Below, one piece after another: positions 45,992-55,065 of a stretch of 64,000 nt of DNA. A program made the translations under genes and the position numbers. Position 1 is the first letter of the stretch. Every line of letters begins with the position of its first letter. The DNA is taken from the NCBI GenBank assembly GCA_964533855.1, contig CAZHNM010000005.1, positions 74,898 to 138,897 of the forward strand. Direction: 5' to 3'. This DNA comes from an uncultured Brevinematales bacterium (GTDB taxonomy: Bacteria; Spirochaetota; Brevinematia; Brevinematales; JAOACQ01). Below the pieces are notes generated by a model, which did not search any database, was not told the origin of the DNA, and saw only the letters and a list, made by a program, of their open reading frames with translations.

Positions 45992-46849
45992 TCAATCTTT
46001 ATTTATTTTTACAAGTATGTTGTCAATAAGCCTTGTGGTGCCTATGTAGACCGCGGCAGCGAGGAGGACGCCGTCATTGACTATATCGATGTCTACCAGG
46101 GTATCGGGGTCTGCGGCAGAAACGTAATCGATCTTTGAATTTGTAATATTATTTGAAATAAAGCCGCTTATGTCCTGAATGATAACACCGGCGTTCCTTT
46201 CACCCTCGAGGATGAGTTTTTCGCCGTTCCGGAGCGCTTTGTAAATGGATGAGGCTTCGGTTTTCTGCTTTTCAGTCAAATACCTGTTTCTCGAGCTTAG
46301 GGCAAGACCGTTTTGTTCGCGAATGATCGGGACTGTCTTTATTTCAGTTGTAAAATTCAGGTCAGCTGCCATTTTCCGTATGATAAGAGCCTGCTGGTAG
46401 TCTTTCTGGCCGAAATACGCTTTATTGGGCTTGATAATATTAAAAAGTTTAGCGACGACTGTAGCGACTCCCCTGAAATGGCCCTCGCGCCTCAGGCCGC
46501 ATAGATGGCCCGGGAGTCTTTCGAGATCTATATAAGTTTCGAAATTATTGCCATACATGTCTTCTGCTGACGGCAAAAAAAGATAATCAACTCCGGCAGC
46601 TTCAAGCAGCGAGGTGTCCCGGGCAATAGGGCGGGGATAAACGCCGAAGTCTTCAGCCGGTCCGAACTGAATGGGGTTTACAAAAATACTGACGGTAACA
46701 GTATCGTTTTCACTGCGGGCAGCCTTTACAAGGCTTAGGTGACCTTCATGCAGAGCTCCCATTGTTGGAACGAAACCGGTTTTTCTGCCTGAAATTATTT
46801 CTTTTAATGAAATTTCAGACATTTCAAGAATATTCCTTACAGTCTTCAT
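45992..46849 (-). CDS. panC: pantoate--beta-alanine ligase
   Basis: The protein contains GFVPTMGALHEGHLSL, FVNPIQFGP, AYFGQKDYQQ and SSRN. Confidence 0.92.
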   Translation of the reverse strand: MKTVRNILEMSEISLKEIISGRKTGFVPTMGALHEGHLSLVKAARSENDTVTVSIFVNPIQFGPAEDFGVYPRPIARDTSLLEAAGVDYLFLPSAEDMYGNNFETYIDLERLPGHLCGLRREGHFRGVATVVAKLFNIIKPNKAYFGQKDYQQALIIRKMAADLNFTTEIKTVPIIREQNGLALSSRNRYLTEKQKTEASSIYKALRNGEKLILEGERNAGVIIQDISGFISNNITNSKIDYVSAADPDTLVDIDIVNDGVLLAAAVYIGTTRLIDNILVKINKD

Positions 46850-46850
46850 A

Positions 46851-48674
46851 TCATTTTCCGCTTTTTCCCGCCTTATACTTGATGGCGGCGCTGATAAAGG
46901 ATTTGAAAATAGGATGGGATTCTACCGGGGAAGATTTAAATTCAGGATGAAACTGGCCGCCTAAAAACCAGGGATGGTCAGTAATTTCAGACATTTCCAC
47001 CAGTCCGGATTCGGCGAAAGCGCTGAAAGTAAGCCCGTTTTTCGTGAGGATTTCTATGTACTCAGGGTTGACTTCATAGCGGTGCCTGTGCCTTTCCTCG
47101 ATTTCCTCAGTCTGGTAGACCTGGAAGGCAAGAGTGCCTTTTTTAATTTTAGATTTGGAAGCTCCCTTTCTCATTGTTCCGCCCATGTAATTAACGCCCT
47201 TCAGGTTGGCGAGGAGTTCTATGACAGGATCTACGGATGTCGGCTCGAATTCCCTGGAATGGGCATTTGCTATCCCGCAGACATTTCGGGCATATTCTAT
47301 CACAAGGCACTGCATACCTAAACAGATCCCGAGGAACGGTATCTTTTTTTCCCTTGCGCATGTGACGGCCTTGATCTTACCTTCTATTCCGCGGTTCCCG
47401 AAACCTCCGGGAATCAATATTCCGTCAATATCTTCGGAAATAAGACCCCTGTAATCGATAAATTTAAGGATTGTTTTCAACCTGGCCATATTTTCATCAC
47501 TCGTGTCTTCTGCAAGTTCAAAATAATTGCTGGTCGAATCCTTCTGGAAAATACTGCAGAGAAAATCCCTGTCGCCCTCGTTCGGTATACGGGCAAGTAT
47601 ATAGTTATCGAAATGATCTACAATAGCCCTTTTTAATAGGCCGTCTTCAAATATCTCGCCTTCAAAATGTTCGGCGTCGATCTTTTTTACCCTGACCCGG
47701 ACCTTGTTCGCTATTCCGCCATGGGTGAGCGCCGCGTCTACGCTTTTATAAGTGTCTTCCAGGTTAATGTATTTACCGATGAGTGCTATTGTGACAAACT
47801 CTGTCGACTTATTGCAAATATCTACCATTTTTGACCATTTTACAAGATCGGGTTTCCTGTAGGGAAGGCCGAGCTTTTCAAGTATCATGCGGTCGGCGCA
47901 CTGCGTGTGGAAAACCAGGGGGACTTCATAAACCGTACCTTTAACATCGATAGCCGAGAATATGCAGTCCTCTTCTATATTGCAGAAAAGGGCAATTTTT
48001 GTCTTAACAGACGGGGGCAGGATTGTTTCTGTGCGGCAGAACAGGAAATCAGGCTGAATCCCCATTGACATAAGTGCTTTGACAGAATGCTGGGTGGGTT
48101 TTGTTTTAAATTCTCCCGAACCCATTATTGTCGGGACAAGGGTAAGGTGAGCGAATTTAACATTGCTTTTACCCTCCTCGAGGGTAAACTGTCTTACAGC
48201 TTCTATAAATGGAAGGCCTTCTATATCGCCTACGGTGCCTCCAAGCTCTATGATAATAATATCGGAGTTCTTGCCTTCATCGAGAATGCGGATTCTTCTT
48301 TTTATCTCATCGGTTATATGGGGGATGACCTGGACAGTCTGCCCTAAATAATCGCCTTTCCTTTCGGAATCGATGACATTTTGATAGACCTGTCCTGTGG
48401 TGAGGCTGGAAAGCTTTGAAGTTTCTATCCTGACATATCTCTCGTAATTTCCGAGATCAAGATCCGTTTCAGCACCGTCATTTGTAACATATACTTCTCC
48501 ATGCTGATAAGGGCTCATAGTCCCGGCATCGACGTTCAGATAGGGATCGATTTTCATCATATTTATCTTGTATCCGGAAGCTTTTAAGAGCACTCCTATC
48601 GATGCTGCGGTTACTCCCTTTCCCAAGGATGAACAAACTCCTCCGGTAACAAAAATATACTTTTTAATACCCAT
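46851..48674 (-). CDS. pyrG: CTP synthase (607 aa, with an extra segment of about 70 aa in the glutaminase domain)
   Basis: The protein contains KYIFVTGGVCSSLGKG, ELGGTVGDIE, GILIPGGFGNRGIEGKI, the catalytic GICLGMQ, and RHRHRYEVN and HPEF. See the findings for the insertion. Confidence 0.95.
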   Translation of the reverse strand: MGIKKYIFVTGGVCSSLGKGVTAASIGVLLKASGYKINMMKIDPYLNVDAGTMSPYQHGEVYVTNDGAETDLDLGNYERYVRIETSKLSSLTTGQVYQNVIDSERKGDYLGQTVQVIPHITDEIKRRIRILDEGKNSDIIIIELGGTVGDIEGLPFIEAVRQFTLEEGKSNVKFAHLTLVPTIMGSGEFKTKPTQHSVKALMSMGIQPDFLFCRTETILPPSVKTKIALFCNIEEDCIFSAIDVKGTVYEVPLVFHTQCADRMILEKLGLPYRKPDLVKWSKMVDICNKSTEFVTIALIGKYINLEDTYKSVDAALTHGGIANKVRVRVKKIDAEHFEGEIFEDGLLKRAIVDHFDNYILARIPNEGDRDFLCSIFQKDSTSNYFELAEDTSDENMARLKTILKFIDYRGLISEDIDGILIPGGFGNRGIEGKIKAVTCAREKKIPFLGICLGMQCLVIEYARNVCGIANAHSREFEPTSVDPVIELLANLKGVNYMGGTMRKGASKSKIKKGTLAFQVYQTEEIEERHRHRYEVNPEYIEILTKNGLTFSAFAESGLVEMSEITDHPWFLGGQFHPEFKSSPVESHPIFKSFISAAIKYKAGKSGK

Positions 48675-48876
48675 AAGGACTCCTGTTTATGGGTAAATAA
48701 TATCTCAAAGCATGAGAAAAAGCAAGATTGAAACAGTAAAGAGTAGCGTCTGATGGAAATATTAATGAGTAATGAGTGCGTATTGCCGGTTACTGATTAG
48801 TAATTGCTCGGTACTTATTACTTTCAAAATTGTCCGTCTTTTGTTATACTGTATATATACTGTTTTCAGGTGACAT

Positions 48877-49305
48877 ATGATATTTCAATTTACAATAACC
48901 GGGCAGGAGGAAGAGGTTGTGCAGTTTGAGAAGGAACTGCTCGATATTCTTCAGAAGATCACTGGCAGCGAGAGCATGATTGCCTATGAAATTCACTTCT
49001 GCGTTCATGAGGCAATATTGAACGTTATACAGCACACTTATAAATGGGACCTTACTCAGCCCATCGACATCCGGATAGATGTGACGGGCATAAACGAAGC
49101 TTCCCAGGAACTCGAAATTTCCATTAAGGATTACGGGCGGAAATTAGAGAAGGAGATCAGCCCCCCGAGCCGGATAGGGCAGTTTCAATTACGGAAAAGG
49201 GGACTTTATATGATCAGTAAAATCATGGACGAGTGCGTCATCAAACCCCTTGAGAAGGGCGGCAATCTCACATATATGAAAAAGTTGCTGAATAATGAAA
49301 ATTAA
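48877..49305 (+). CDS. anti-sigma factor / serine kinase of the RsbW/SpoIIAB type (HATPase_c)
   Basis: It has an N-box-like VHEAILNVIQH, a G1-like IKDYGRK and a G2-like KRGLYMISKIMDE. The size is 142 aa, and a STAS gene follows directly. Confidence 0.75.
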   Translation: MIFQFTITGQEEEVVQFEKELLDILQKITGSESMIAYEIHFCVHEAILNVIQHTYKWDLTQPIDIRIDVTGINEASQELEISIKDYGRKLEKEISPPSRIGQFQLRKRGLYMISKIMDECVIKPLEKGGNLTYMKKLLNNEN

Positions 49306-49323
49306 AAATAATAGAGGAGACCG

Positions 49324-49686
49324 GTGTTGGATGGAAAACTTTATGTAAAAGTGTCGTTTTATAAAGAAATTATTGCCAAAGTGGAAATATCAGGTGAATT
49401 TACCGTATTTTACCAGGAATTCGACCTGCTGTACAAGGAATTGATGGCGTATACGAAAATAGGCATATACCGCTTTATATTGAACCTTAACGGACTGACT
49501 TACATAGACTCTTCCGGAATCGGGGTTATCATCCGTCTTGTTACGAACGCCTCCAAAAAAAATTCAATGGTTTGCATAATTTGCGACCAGCCGCAGGTCC
49601 TGAAAATCCTCGGCATTTCGAATGTCGATAAAATAATTCGTTTTGTAACAAGCTACGATGAGGGGATAAAGTATTTCGAGGTCTAA
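49324..49686 (+). CDS. STAS-domain anti-sigma-factor antagonist (RsbV/SpoIIAA-like)
   Basis: LNLNGLTYIDSSGIGVIIRL contains the phosphorylatable Ser in the DSSG context. The size is 120 aa and the start is GTG. Confidence 0.8.
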   Translation: MLDGKLYVKVSFYKEIIAKVEISGEFTVFYQEFDLLYKELMAYTKIGIYRFILNLNGLTYIDSSGIGVIIRLVTNASKKNSMVCIICDQPQVLKILGISNVDKIIRFVTSYDEGIKYFEV

Positions 49687-49747
49687 TTCCTAAAAAAAAT
49701 CAGAAAAAGACCGAAAATAAGAAAACGGCCCCGGAGGTTGTTTTTTT

Positions 49748-51295
49748 ATGATCAGGAATATTTTATCGATTCTCGCTGTACTCGTGATGTTAAATTTCTA
49801 TTCCGCGGTATATCCGTTAAAGCCATTTACGACCGAATGTACATGGCTGCTTGAAAGCGGAGATATAAAAATCTATAAGCTTGAAAATCTCAATCTTAAA
49901 AAATTGAATTCCAGATATGTTTTTCAAATCAATGAAAATACAAATCATGATATAAATAATTACGACCTTTATCTTGATTTTGAAGAACCCAATCTGGATC
50001 TTATCAACTATAAAATAATATATTCGAAATTTGAAATGAATAAATACCAGAGCATCAATGGGAAGTATTCCGGTAAATTTTACTTTTCCGATAATTATAT
50101 ATCGATGCTTCCGCTTTCGACTTCAATTTTTGCGCCGGGGAATATCATCGGCAGTTTTACTATCGATTTCTGGCTTTATACCTATAAAGACTATGACTAT
50201 CAGTATATTATCAAATATATAGGCAACAACCTGTCGGATGAAAAAGATAAAAATAATTACGGATTTTCAATTTTCATTAAAAACGGAAGGGTAGTCTACC
50301 AGTTCATGAATTTTTTCTTTACTGAAAAAAAAGAATCGGTTTCACTCGATATCAAGGATGAAGATAATATTATCCTGAATAAATGGGAGCATCACGCCCT
50401 GACATTCGATATCAAAAGCGGCAAAATTTCAGTTTATAAAAACGGAATGGAACAGGACGTGAAATGGGTGACCGAGAGCGGCGCGCCCCTTTCAGAAGTA
50501 CTTACTCCCAAGATTAAGGAAGAGATGAGCGCTCCGATCCTGATCGGAAAAAGCTCATTCTTTTCACTCGACAATTTTAAAATCGGAAGGTATTCAGCAA
50601 CAGGATTCGACTTGAAAAAATTCAATACTGCAAATTCATATATGATAACGGATGTATACAAGTACTCGACTAATAAGGCGGTGCTGAAGAAGATTTCATT
50701 CCAGGCCGATTCTCCGGATTATTCCTTCATCAAAATGGCTTACAGGATTTCAGACACATATTTTCTACCGGGCGATAAAGACATCAAATGGATCTATATT
50801 CAGAACGGTTCCGCGAATTATCCGCCGGATTTAGACGGCGGCAAGTACATACAGTTTATGCTCAGTGTTTATCCATACGAAGATGAGGATAAAGAAGTCA
50901 ATATATATTCCATAAAAATGGATTATTCCGTGGATAACACTCCGGCAAGCCCTGTAATAACAGGCGCCAAGCCTATGGACGGGAAAATTCTCATGTCATG
51001 GATCCCTTCCCCCGAAGACGATATTACAGGTTATGAAATTTATTACGGCAACAGGATCGGAGATTACATATGCGATGAAGCAGCGGAGGGAAAATCCCCG
51101 ATATTTGTCCCTGCCGATGAACCGGGCAGGATAAATCAGATGAGTTACATGCTGACCGGGCTTATTAACGAGAAACCTTATTTCATATCAATCAGAAGCG
51201 TCGACAGGAATGGAAACAAAAGCCAGTTTTCAAAAGAGATATACGCAAGGCCGAGCACAATCTTCAACGATAATAAATACAGCGTTGGAAGGTAG
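49748..51295 (+). CDS. exported LamG/concanavalin-like jelly-roll plus fibronectin-type-III domain protein
   Basis: It has a signal peptide. A LamG-like segment is present (GSFTIDFWLYTYKDYDYQYIIKY...WEHHALTFDIKSGKISVYKNGME). A C-terminal FN3-like segment is present (PASPVITGAKPMDGKILMSWIPSPEDDITGYEIYYG...YFISIRSVDRNGNKS). Confidence 0.6.
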   Translation: MIRNILSILAVLVMLNFYSAVYPLKPFTTECTWLLESGDIKIYKLENLNLKKLNSRYVFQINENTNHDINNYDLYLDFEEPNLDLINYKIIYSKFEMNKYQSINGKYSGKFYFSDNYISMLPLSTSIFAPGNIIGSFTIDFWLYTYKDYDYQYIIKYIGNNLSDEKDKNNYGFSIFIKNGRVVYQFMNFFFTEKKESVSLDIKDEDNIILNKWEHHALTFDIKSGKISVYKNGMEQDVKWVTESGAPLSEVLTPKIKEEMSAPILIGKSSFFSLDNFKIGRYSATGFDLKKFNTANSYMITDVYKYSTNKAVLKKISFQADSPDYSFIKMAYRISDTYFLPGDKDIKWIYIQNGSANYPPDLDGGKYIQFMLSVYPYEDEDKEVNIYSIKMDYSVDNTPASPVITGAKPMDGKILMSWIPSPEDDITGYEIYYGNRIGDYICDEAAEGKSPIFVPADEPGRINQMSYMLTGLINEKPYFISIRSVDRNGNKSQFSKEIYARPSTIFNDNKYSVGR

Positions 51296-51296
51296 G

Positions 51297-52151
51297 TCAG
51301 CGAAGAATTATTTCAGTTCCGATGCCGGCATTTGTCAACAGCTCGAGAATCAGAGAATGCTCTATCGTGCCGTCGATAATATGAACTTTTTCAACGCCGC
51401 TGTTTATGGCTTTTATAGCCGATTCGACTTTGGGAAGCATCCCTTTGTTTATTATCCCGTCTTTGATAAGTTTCTTTATTCCTTCTCCATCTATCGAAGG
51501 TATGAATGTCGATTCATCTTTAGTGTCTTTATAAATTCCCTTTATATCGGTCATGTAGATAAGTTTCGAGGCTTTAAGACTTACCGCAATTTCTCCGGCT
51601 GCCGTATCGGCGTTGATATTGAATGCTTCTCCGGCTGAGCCGGCCGCAACGGGAGAAATGACAGGGATATAACCCTTGTCAAGAAGGGTCAGGAGAAGCT
51701 CCGGGTTTATTTTTTTTATCGAGCCGACCTGGCCGAGTTTATGGTCTTTTTTGTCGGCTTCGATCAGGCTGCCGTCCCTTCCGGAAATTCCGACTGCTTT
51801 TCCGCCGTTAGAATTTATCAGAGCAGTAATTTCCTTGTTGATAAGGCCGCTTAAGACCATTTCCGTTATTTCCATTGTTTCCAGGTCGGTAACCCTGTGG
51901 CCTGATATAAAAACAGCTTCTTTACCTAACTTTTCCATGAAAGAGGTAATGTGAGGCCCTCCGCCATGAACAAGGACGATATTAAGGCCGACGAGTTTTA
52001 ACAGGACAAGGTCGAGAATTACCTTTTTTTTGAGTTCCGGATCTTCCATGGCGTTGCCGCCGTATTTGATCACTATTGTTTTGTTTGAGAACTCTTTAAT
52101 GAATGGAAGGGCTTCTGTAATTATGCGCGCCTTTTCAATGAACTTCTGCAT
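51297..52151 (-). CDS. argB: acetylglutamate kinase
   Basis: The protein contains IVIKYGGNAM, VLVHGGGP, NINADTAAGEIA and a length typical of ArgB. I chose the start at 52151 (GGAG 6 nt upstream). The ORF-track start at 52223 lies only 10 nt below tRNA-Pro, which ends at 52234. Confidence 0.9.
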   Translation of the reverse strand: MQKFIEKARIITEALPFIKEFSNKTIVIKYGGNAMEDPELKKKVILDLVLLKLVGLNIVLVHGGGPHITSFMEKLGKEAVFISGHRVTDLETMEITEMVLSGLINKEITALINSNGGKAVGISGRDGSLIEADKKDHKLGQVGSIKKINPELLLTLLDKGYIPVISPVAAGSAGEAFNINADTAAGEIAVSLKASKLIYMTDIKGIYKDTKDESTFIPSIDGEGIKKLIKDGIINKGMLPKVESAIKAINSGVEKVHIIDGTIEHSLILELLTNAGIGTEIILR

Positions 52152-52233
52152 AAATGTCTCCGTCATCACACCCCGGGGTAAAAAAAAGGGCTGTCCCAGG
52201 CTACAAAAAAGCGCATGAGACAACCCGGAAAAT

Positions 52234-52309
52234 TCGGGGTGGTGAGATTCGAACTCACGGCCCCTACCACCCCAAGGTAGTGCGCTAAACCAAACTGCGC
52301 TACACCCCG
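52234..52309 (-). tRNA. tRNA-Pro (anticodon GGG)
   Basis: The reverse complement folds as a cloverleaf. The acceptor stem is CGGGGTG/CACCCCG and the D arm is GCGC/GCGC. The anticodon stem CTACC/GGTAG carries loop TTGGGGT. The T arm is GTGAG-TTCGAAT-CTCAC. Confidence 0.9.
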
Positions 52310-52334
52310 ATAACTCGGCCGTTTATAGTAGGTT

Positions 52335-52363
52335 ATTCTAATTTTGAAGAGGTTAAAAGTCAA
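52335..52363 (-). promoter_or_regulatory. candidate sigma-70 promoter for tRNA-Pro (TTGACT-17 nt-TAGAAT)
   Basis: The hexamers lie on the minus strand with a 17-nt spacer. The -10 element ends about 25 nt upstream of the tRNA 5' end. Confidence 0.45.
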
Positions 52364-52491
52364 ATTTAACAACTGATGAGGGCTGGGGCGGGACATCAAC
52401 ACGAAGAAGTTCACAGGGAGACGCTGAGGAGAAAAGAGATATTTAATATTCACATCATCTGCGTCAATGTGCGGTTACCGTCTACCGGTTG

Positions 52492-53538
52492 CTATAACAG
52501 CACCGACGATTCGATCTCACCGCTTGCGTAAACATAGCCGTCTTTATAGAACACGGCGAACTGGCCCGGGGCGATAAATCCGCGCTCCTCTTCGAGTACG
52601 ACTGACGCGCGGCTGCCGTCGTGGGTAACTTTGCATGTGGCCAGAGGGCTCTGGTAACGGAAACGGACATCGCATTTTATTTCAGGGCTGAATTTATCTG
52701 TAAATATATTAAGACTGCGGACCGAGAACTCTTTTGACATGGGTTTGCCGCCCAATATTATCGTGTTGTCCCGGGTGTTGAACTTCCTTATATATACCCG
52801 TTCGCCCGCTGCGACTGCAAGACCGCGCCTCTGGCCGAAACTGTAATAGGCTATCCCCCTGCGGTCAGGAAATATTTTACCCTTGTATACGAAAAATCCC
52901 TCTATTTCCGGCACGCCCTGAGCTTTTAAAAAATCCCTGTAATCATCCTTGATAAAACATATATCCTGGCTTTCTGATTTACGGGGGGATATGGGCAATC
53001 CTGCTTTTTCGGCAAGGACGCGGATATCCTTTTTCAAATAAACGCCCATAGGAAGCTTTATATAAGGCAGCTTGCTTTTTTCAATGTATGAAAGGAAATA
53101 TGACTGGTCTTTGGAAGGGTCGAGACCCTCGCCGATTAAATACTCGCCGTCTTTCTCGGTTATCCTGGAGTAATGGCCGGTTGCAAAAAAGTCCGCTCCT
53201 TCAGAGATGCTGTATTCGAGCATTGCGCCGAATTTCACATACCTGTTGCAAAGGACGCATGGATTGGGAGTCAGGCCTGCCCGGTAGCTTTTTACGAAAT
53301 TGCTGATTATCCTGGCGCTGAAAACATCCCTTACATCGATGACTTTATGGGCAATGCCCAGGAAAGAACATACCTTCTTTGCATCGTTCAAATCTTCTAT
53401 GCTGCAGCATTTCTTTAGGCCTTCTTCGCGGTAGGCTGTAAAAGTTATACCTGTTACTTTATATCCCTGTTCTTTTAAAAGGTAAGCGGCGGCGGAACTG
53501 TCGATGCCTCCGCTCATACCGACATATACTGTGGGCAT
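52492..53538 (-). CDS. mnmA: tRNA 2-thiouridine(34) synthase MnmA
   Basis: The PP-loop VGMSGGIDSSAAAYLL, NPCVLCNRYVKFG and ATGHY are present. Confidence 0.92.
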   Translation of the reverse strand: MPTVYVGMSGGIDSSAAAYLLKEQGYKVTGITFTAYREEGLKKCCSIEDLNDAKKVCSFLGIAHKVIDVRDVFSARIISNFVKSYRAGLTPNPCVLCNRYVKFGAMLEYSISEGADFFATGHYSRITEKDGEYLIGEGLDPSKDQSYFLSYIEKSKLPYIKLPMGVYLKKDIRVLAEKAGLPISPRKSESQDICFIKDDYRDFLKAQGVPEIEGFFVYKGKIFPDRRGIAYYSFGQRRGLAVAAGERVYIRKFNTRDNTIILGGKPMSKEFSVRSLNIFTDKFSPEIKCDVRFRYQSPLATCKVTHDGSRASVVLEEERGFIAPGQFAVFYKDGYVYASGEIESSVLL

Positions 53539-53539
53539 T

Positions 53540-54115
53540 TTAAAGTTTTCTCAGCCTGTCTTTCTGGTTTTTCAGGAAGTCGAACTTGTCGAGATTCATT
53601 CCCTTCGGGAAGAATGTCAGAATATCGAAAAATTTTGTCTGTTTAGGTTTCATATTATCCTTGTTCATTTCGAGGAAATCGATAGTTTCCTTGTCGGTAA
53701 TCTTGTCTACAAGGCGGGCTCCTTCCCCGGAGAGGCTTAAAAGATAATAGGTCGCGCCCACTTTCACGATCTGGAGATAGCAGCCCATTCCGATGAATTT
53801 TGTCATCAGTGTTTCGACAAGTGTTTCGTCGGCGGTGGCAGGCAAGCCGCCCTTTTTTGCAAGGTAACGGATCAGGAAATAGGCCGCTGCCGCGAAAACG
53901 CCTATATATAAAATAACCTTGACAAATACCCAGAAGGGATTGGGCTGATTTGATAAATTAGTTGTCTGGGCGCTGTTTGTGGTTTCATAGAACTGGCCGA
54001 GGTAATTAGTGTTTGAAGATGTTGAAATGCTTTTATTGGTATCGGCCGCCTGTGAGAAACCCGCCGCAGATGTGAAGATAAGAATCAGTAATGCCAGCGA
54101 CAGTTTAATATTCAT
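53540..54115 (-). CDS. FliO/FliZ-like membrane protein (tentative)
   Basis: The architecture is a signal peptide, a polar Ser/Thr/Asn-rich stretch, a single TM helix (FWVFVKVILYIGVFAAAAYFLIRYLAKKG) and then the segment ...CYLQIVKVGATYYLLSLSGEGARLVDKI.... This resembles the FliO family core as I recall it. No other flagellar genes lie nearby. Confidence 0.4.
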   Translation of the reverse strand: MNIKLSLALLILIFTSAAGFSQAADTNKSISTSSNTNYLGQFYETTNSAQTTNLSNQPNPFWVFVKVILYIGVFAAAAYFLIRYLAKKGGLPATADETLVETLMTKFIGMGCYLQIVKVGATYYLLSLSGEGARLVDKITDKETIDFLEMNKDNMKPKQTKFFDILTFFPKGMNLDKFDFLKNQKDRLRKL

Positions 54116-54124
54116 ATTTTATCC

Positions 54125-55015
54125 TTAAAATCCAATGTTGATTATCGGCATGAAGCCGACCCAGCCTTCTTTGACGAAATTAAGAAATCCTATCTGTACG
54201 CCGTCAAGCCTGCCCGCTGTATTGATGAAGCCTATCTGGCAGCCCTTTACATTATTTGCTGTATTGACAAAGCCGAACTGGGCTCCGGTCATATCGCCGC
54301 CGGTTGAATTGACGAAACCGAACTGGGCTCCGGAAACACGACCCGCATCGTTAATGAAACCGAACTGGCCCCCGTAAACAGCGTAATCATACCCCATGAT
54401 TAAATCGAAACCGGCGCCTGTGATAGTAAAACTTTCGGGGACCAGGGCGACTCCCCTGAAAAATGAAACCTGCACAGGAAAGAACCCGGGCTTATGGATC
54501 GTATTCGAGGGAGCGCCCGCGGCGGCGTCTGAACTATCGGTGTTCTCTTCCCCCCCGGATTTTTTAATTATCATATCGACTGCCGCCGGTATATTGTCGG
54601 CAATATCACCTATGCTTCCGCCCTTGATTTCCTGGGATATTTCTATAGCGCCCGTCGAAGAGTCTATGACTTTTATCAGGAGCTGGTATTCCCTGTCTAT
54701 CCTGACAAGCGAGCCTATGATGACTTTATTAGCTCCCGCAATGCTGCCTATGCGGGAAGCTTCGTTCTCGGCGATTCCTGAGGCCTGCAGTTTCTGTTCT
54801 TCGAGGATTTTATAAAGCTGCGCCCTCTCCACTATTATATAAACCTTCCTGTTTACCAATGTGTTCTGGATTATCTCTGAAAATCCGGCTGTATCGACGT
54901 CTTCGCCTTTAACCCTCGAATCTATTCCCAGCACGGCAATCCTTGTCGAACTTTCCCATCCGAAGGCAGCCGAAATAATAAAAATCGCGATTAAAACAGT
55001 TATTATCCTTTGCAT
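54125..55015 (-). CDS. exported protein with a CsgG/LpoB/FlgO-like N-terminal domain and C-terminal GxQxGFxN repeats
   Basis: It has a signal peptide. The N-terminal domain pattern is RIAVLGI...FSEIIQNTLVNRKVYIIVERAQLYKILEEQKLQASG...GANKVIIGSL...LLIKVIDSSTGAI. Five tandem units of 14-15 aa follow, and the protein ends in IINIGF. Confidence 0.5.
   Translation of the reverse strand: MQRIITVLIAIFIISAAFGWESSTRIAVLGIDSRVKGEDVDTAGFSEIIQNTLVNRKVYIIVERAQLYKILEEQKLQASGIAENEASRIGSIAGANKVIIGSLVRIDREYQLLIKVIDSSTGAIEISQEIKGGSIGDIADNIPAAVDMIIKKSGGEENTDSSDAAAGAPSNTIHKPGFFPVQVSFFRGVALVPESFTITGAGFDLIMGYDYAVYGGQFGFINDAGRVSGAQFGFVNSTGGDMTGAQFGFVNTANNVKGCQIGFINTAGRLDGVQIGFLNFVKEGWVGFMPIINIGF
54179..54373 (-). 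repeat. in-frame tandem coding repeat (about 42-45 bp, five units) encoding G(G/A/C/V)Q(F/I)GF(I/V/L)N units
   Basis: The protein repeats are GGQFGFINDAGRVS, GAQFGFVNSTGGDMT, GAQFGFVNTANNVK, GCQIGFINTAGRLD and GVQIGFLNFVKEG. At the DNA level, the unit ...aaaccgaactgggctccgg... recurs. Confidence 0.8.
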
Positions 55016-55065
55016 CCGGAACCCCGATTAAATAATGCTTATAATACCATTGTTTATTGGATAAA

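Noticed and set aside
52152-52453. The ORF track extends the argB start to 52223 and lists a 95-aa ORF at 52166-52453.
   Set aside because: The 95-aa ORF overlaps tRNA-Pro (52234-52309), and the extended argB start begins within 10 nt of it. The internal ATG at 52151 has a GGAG RBS and gives a normal-length ArgB. The ORF at 52482-52670 lies antisense inside mnmA.
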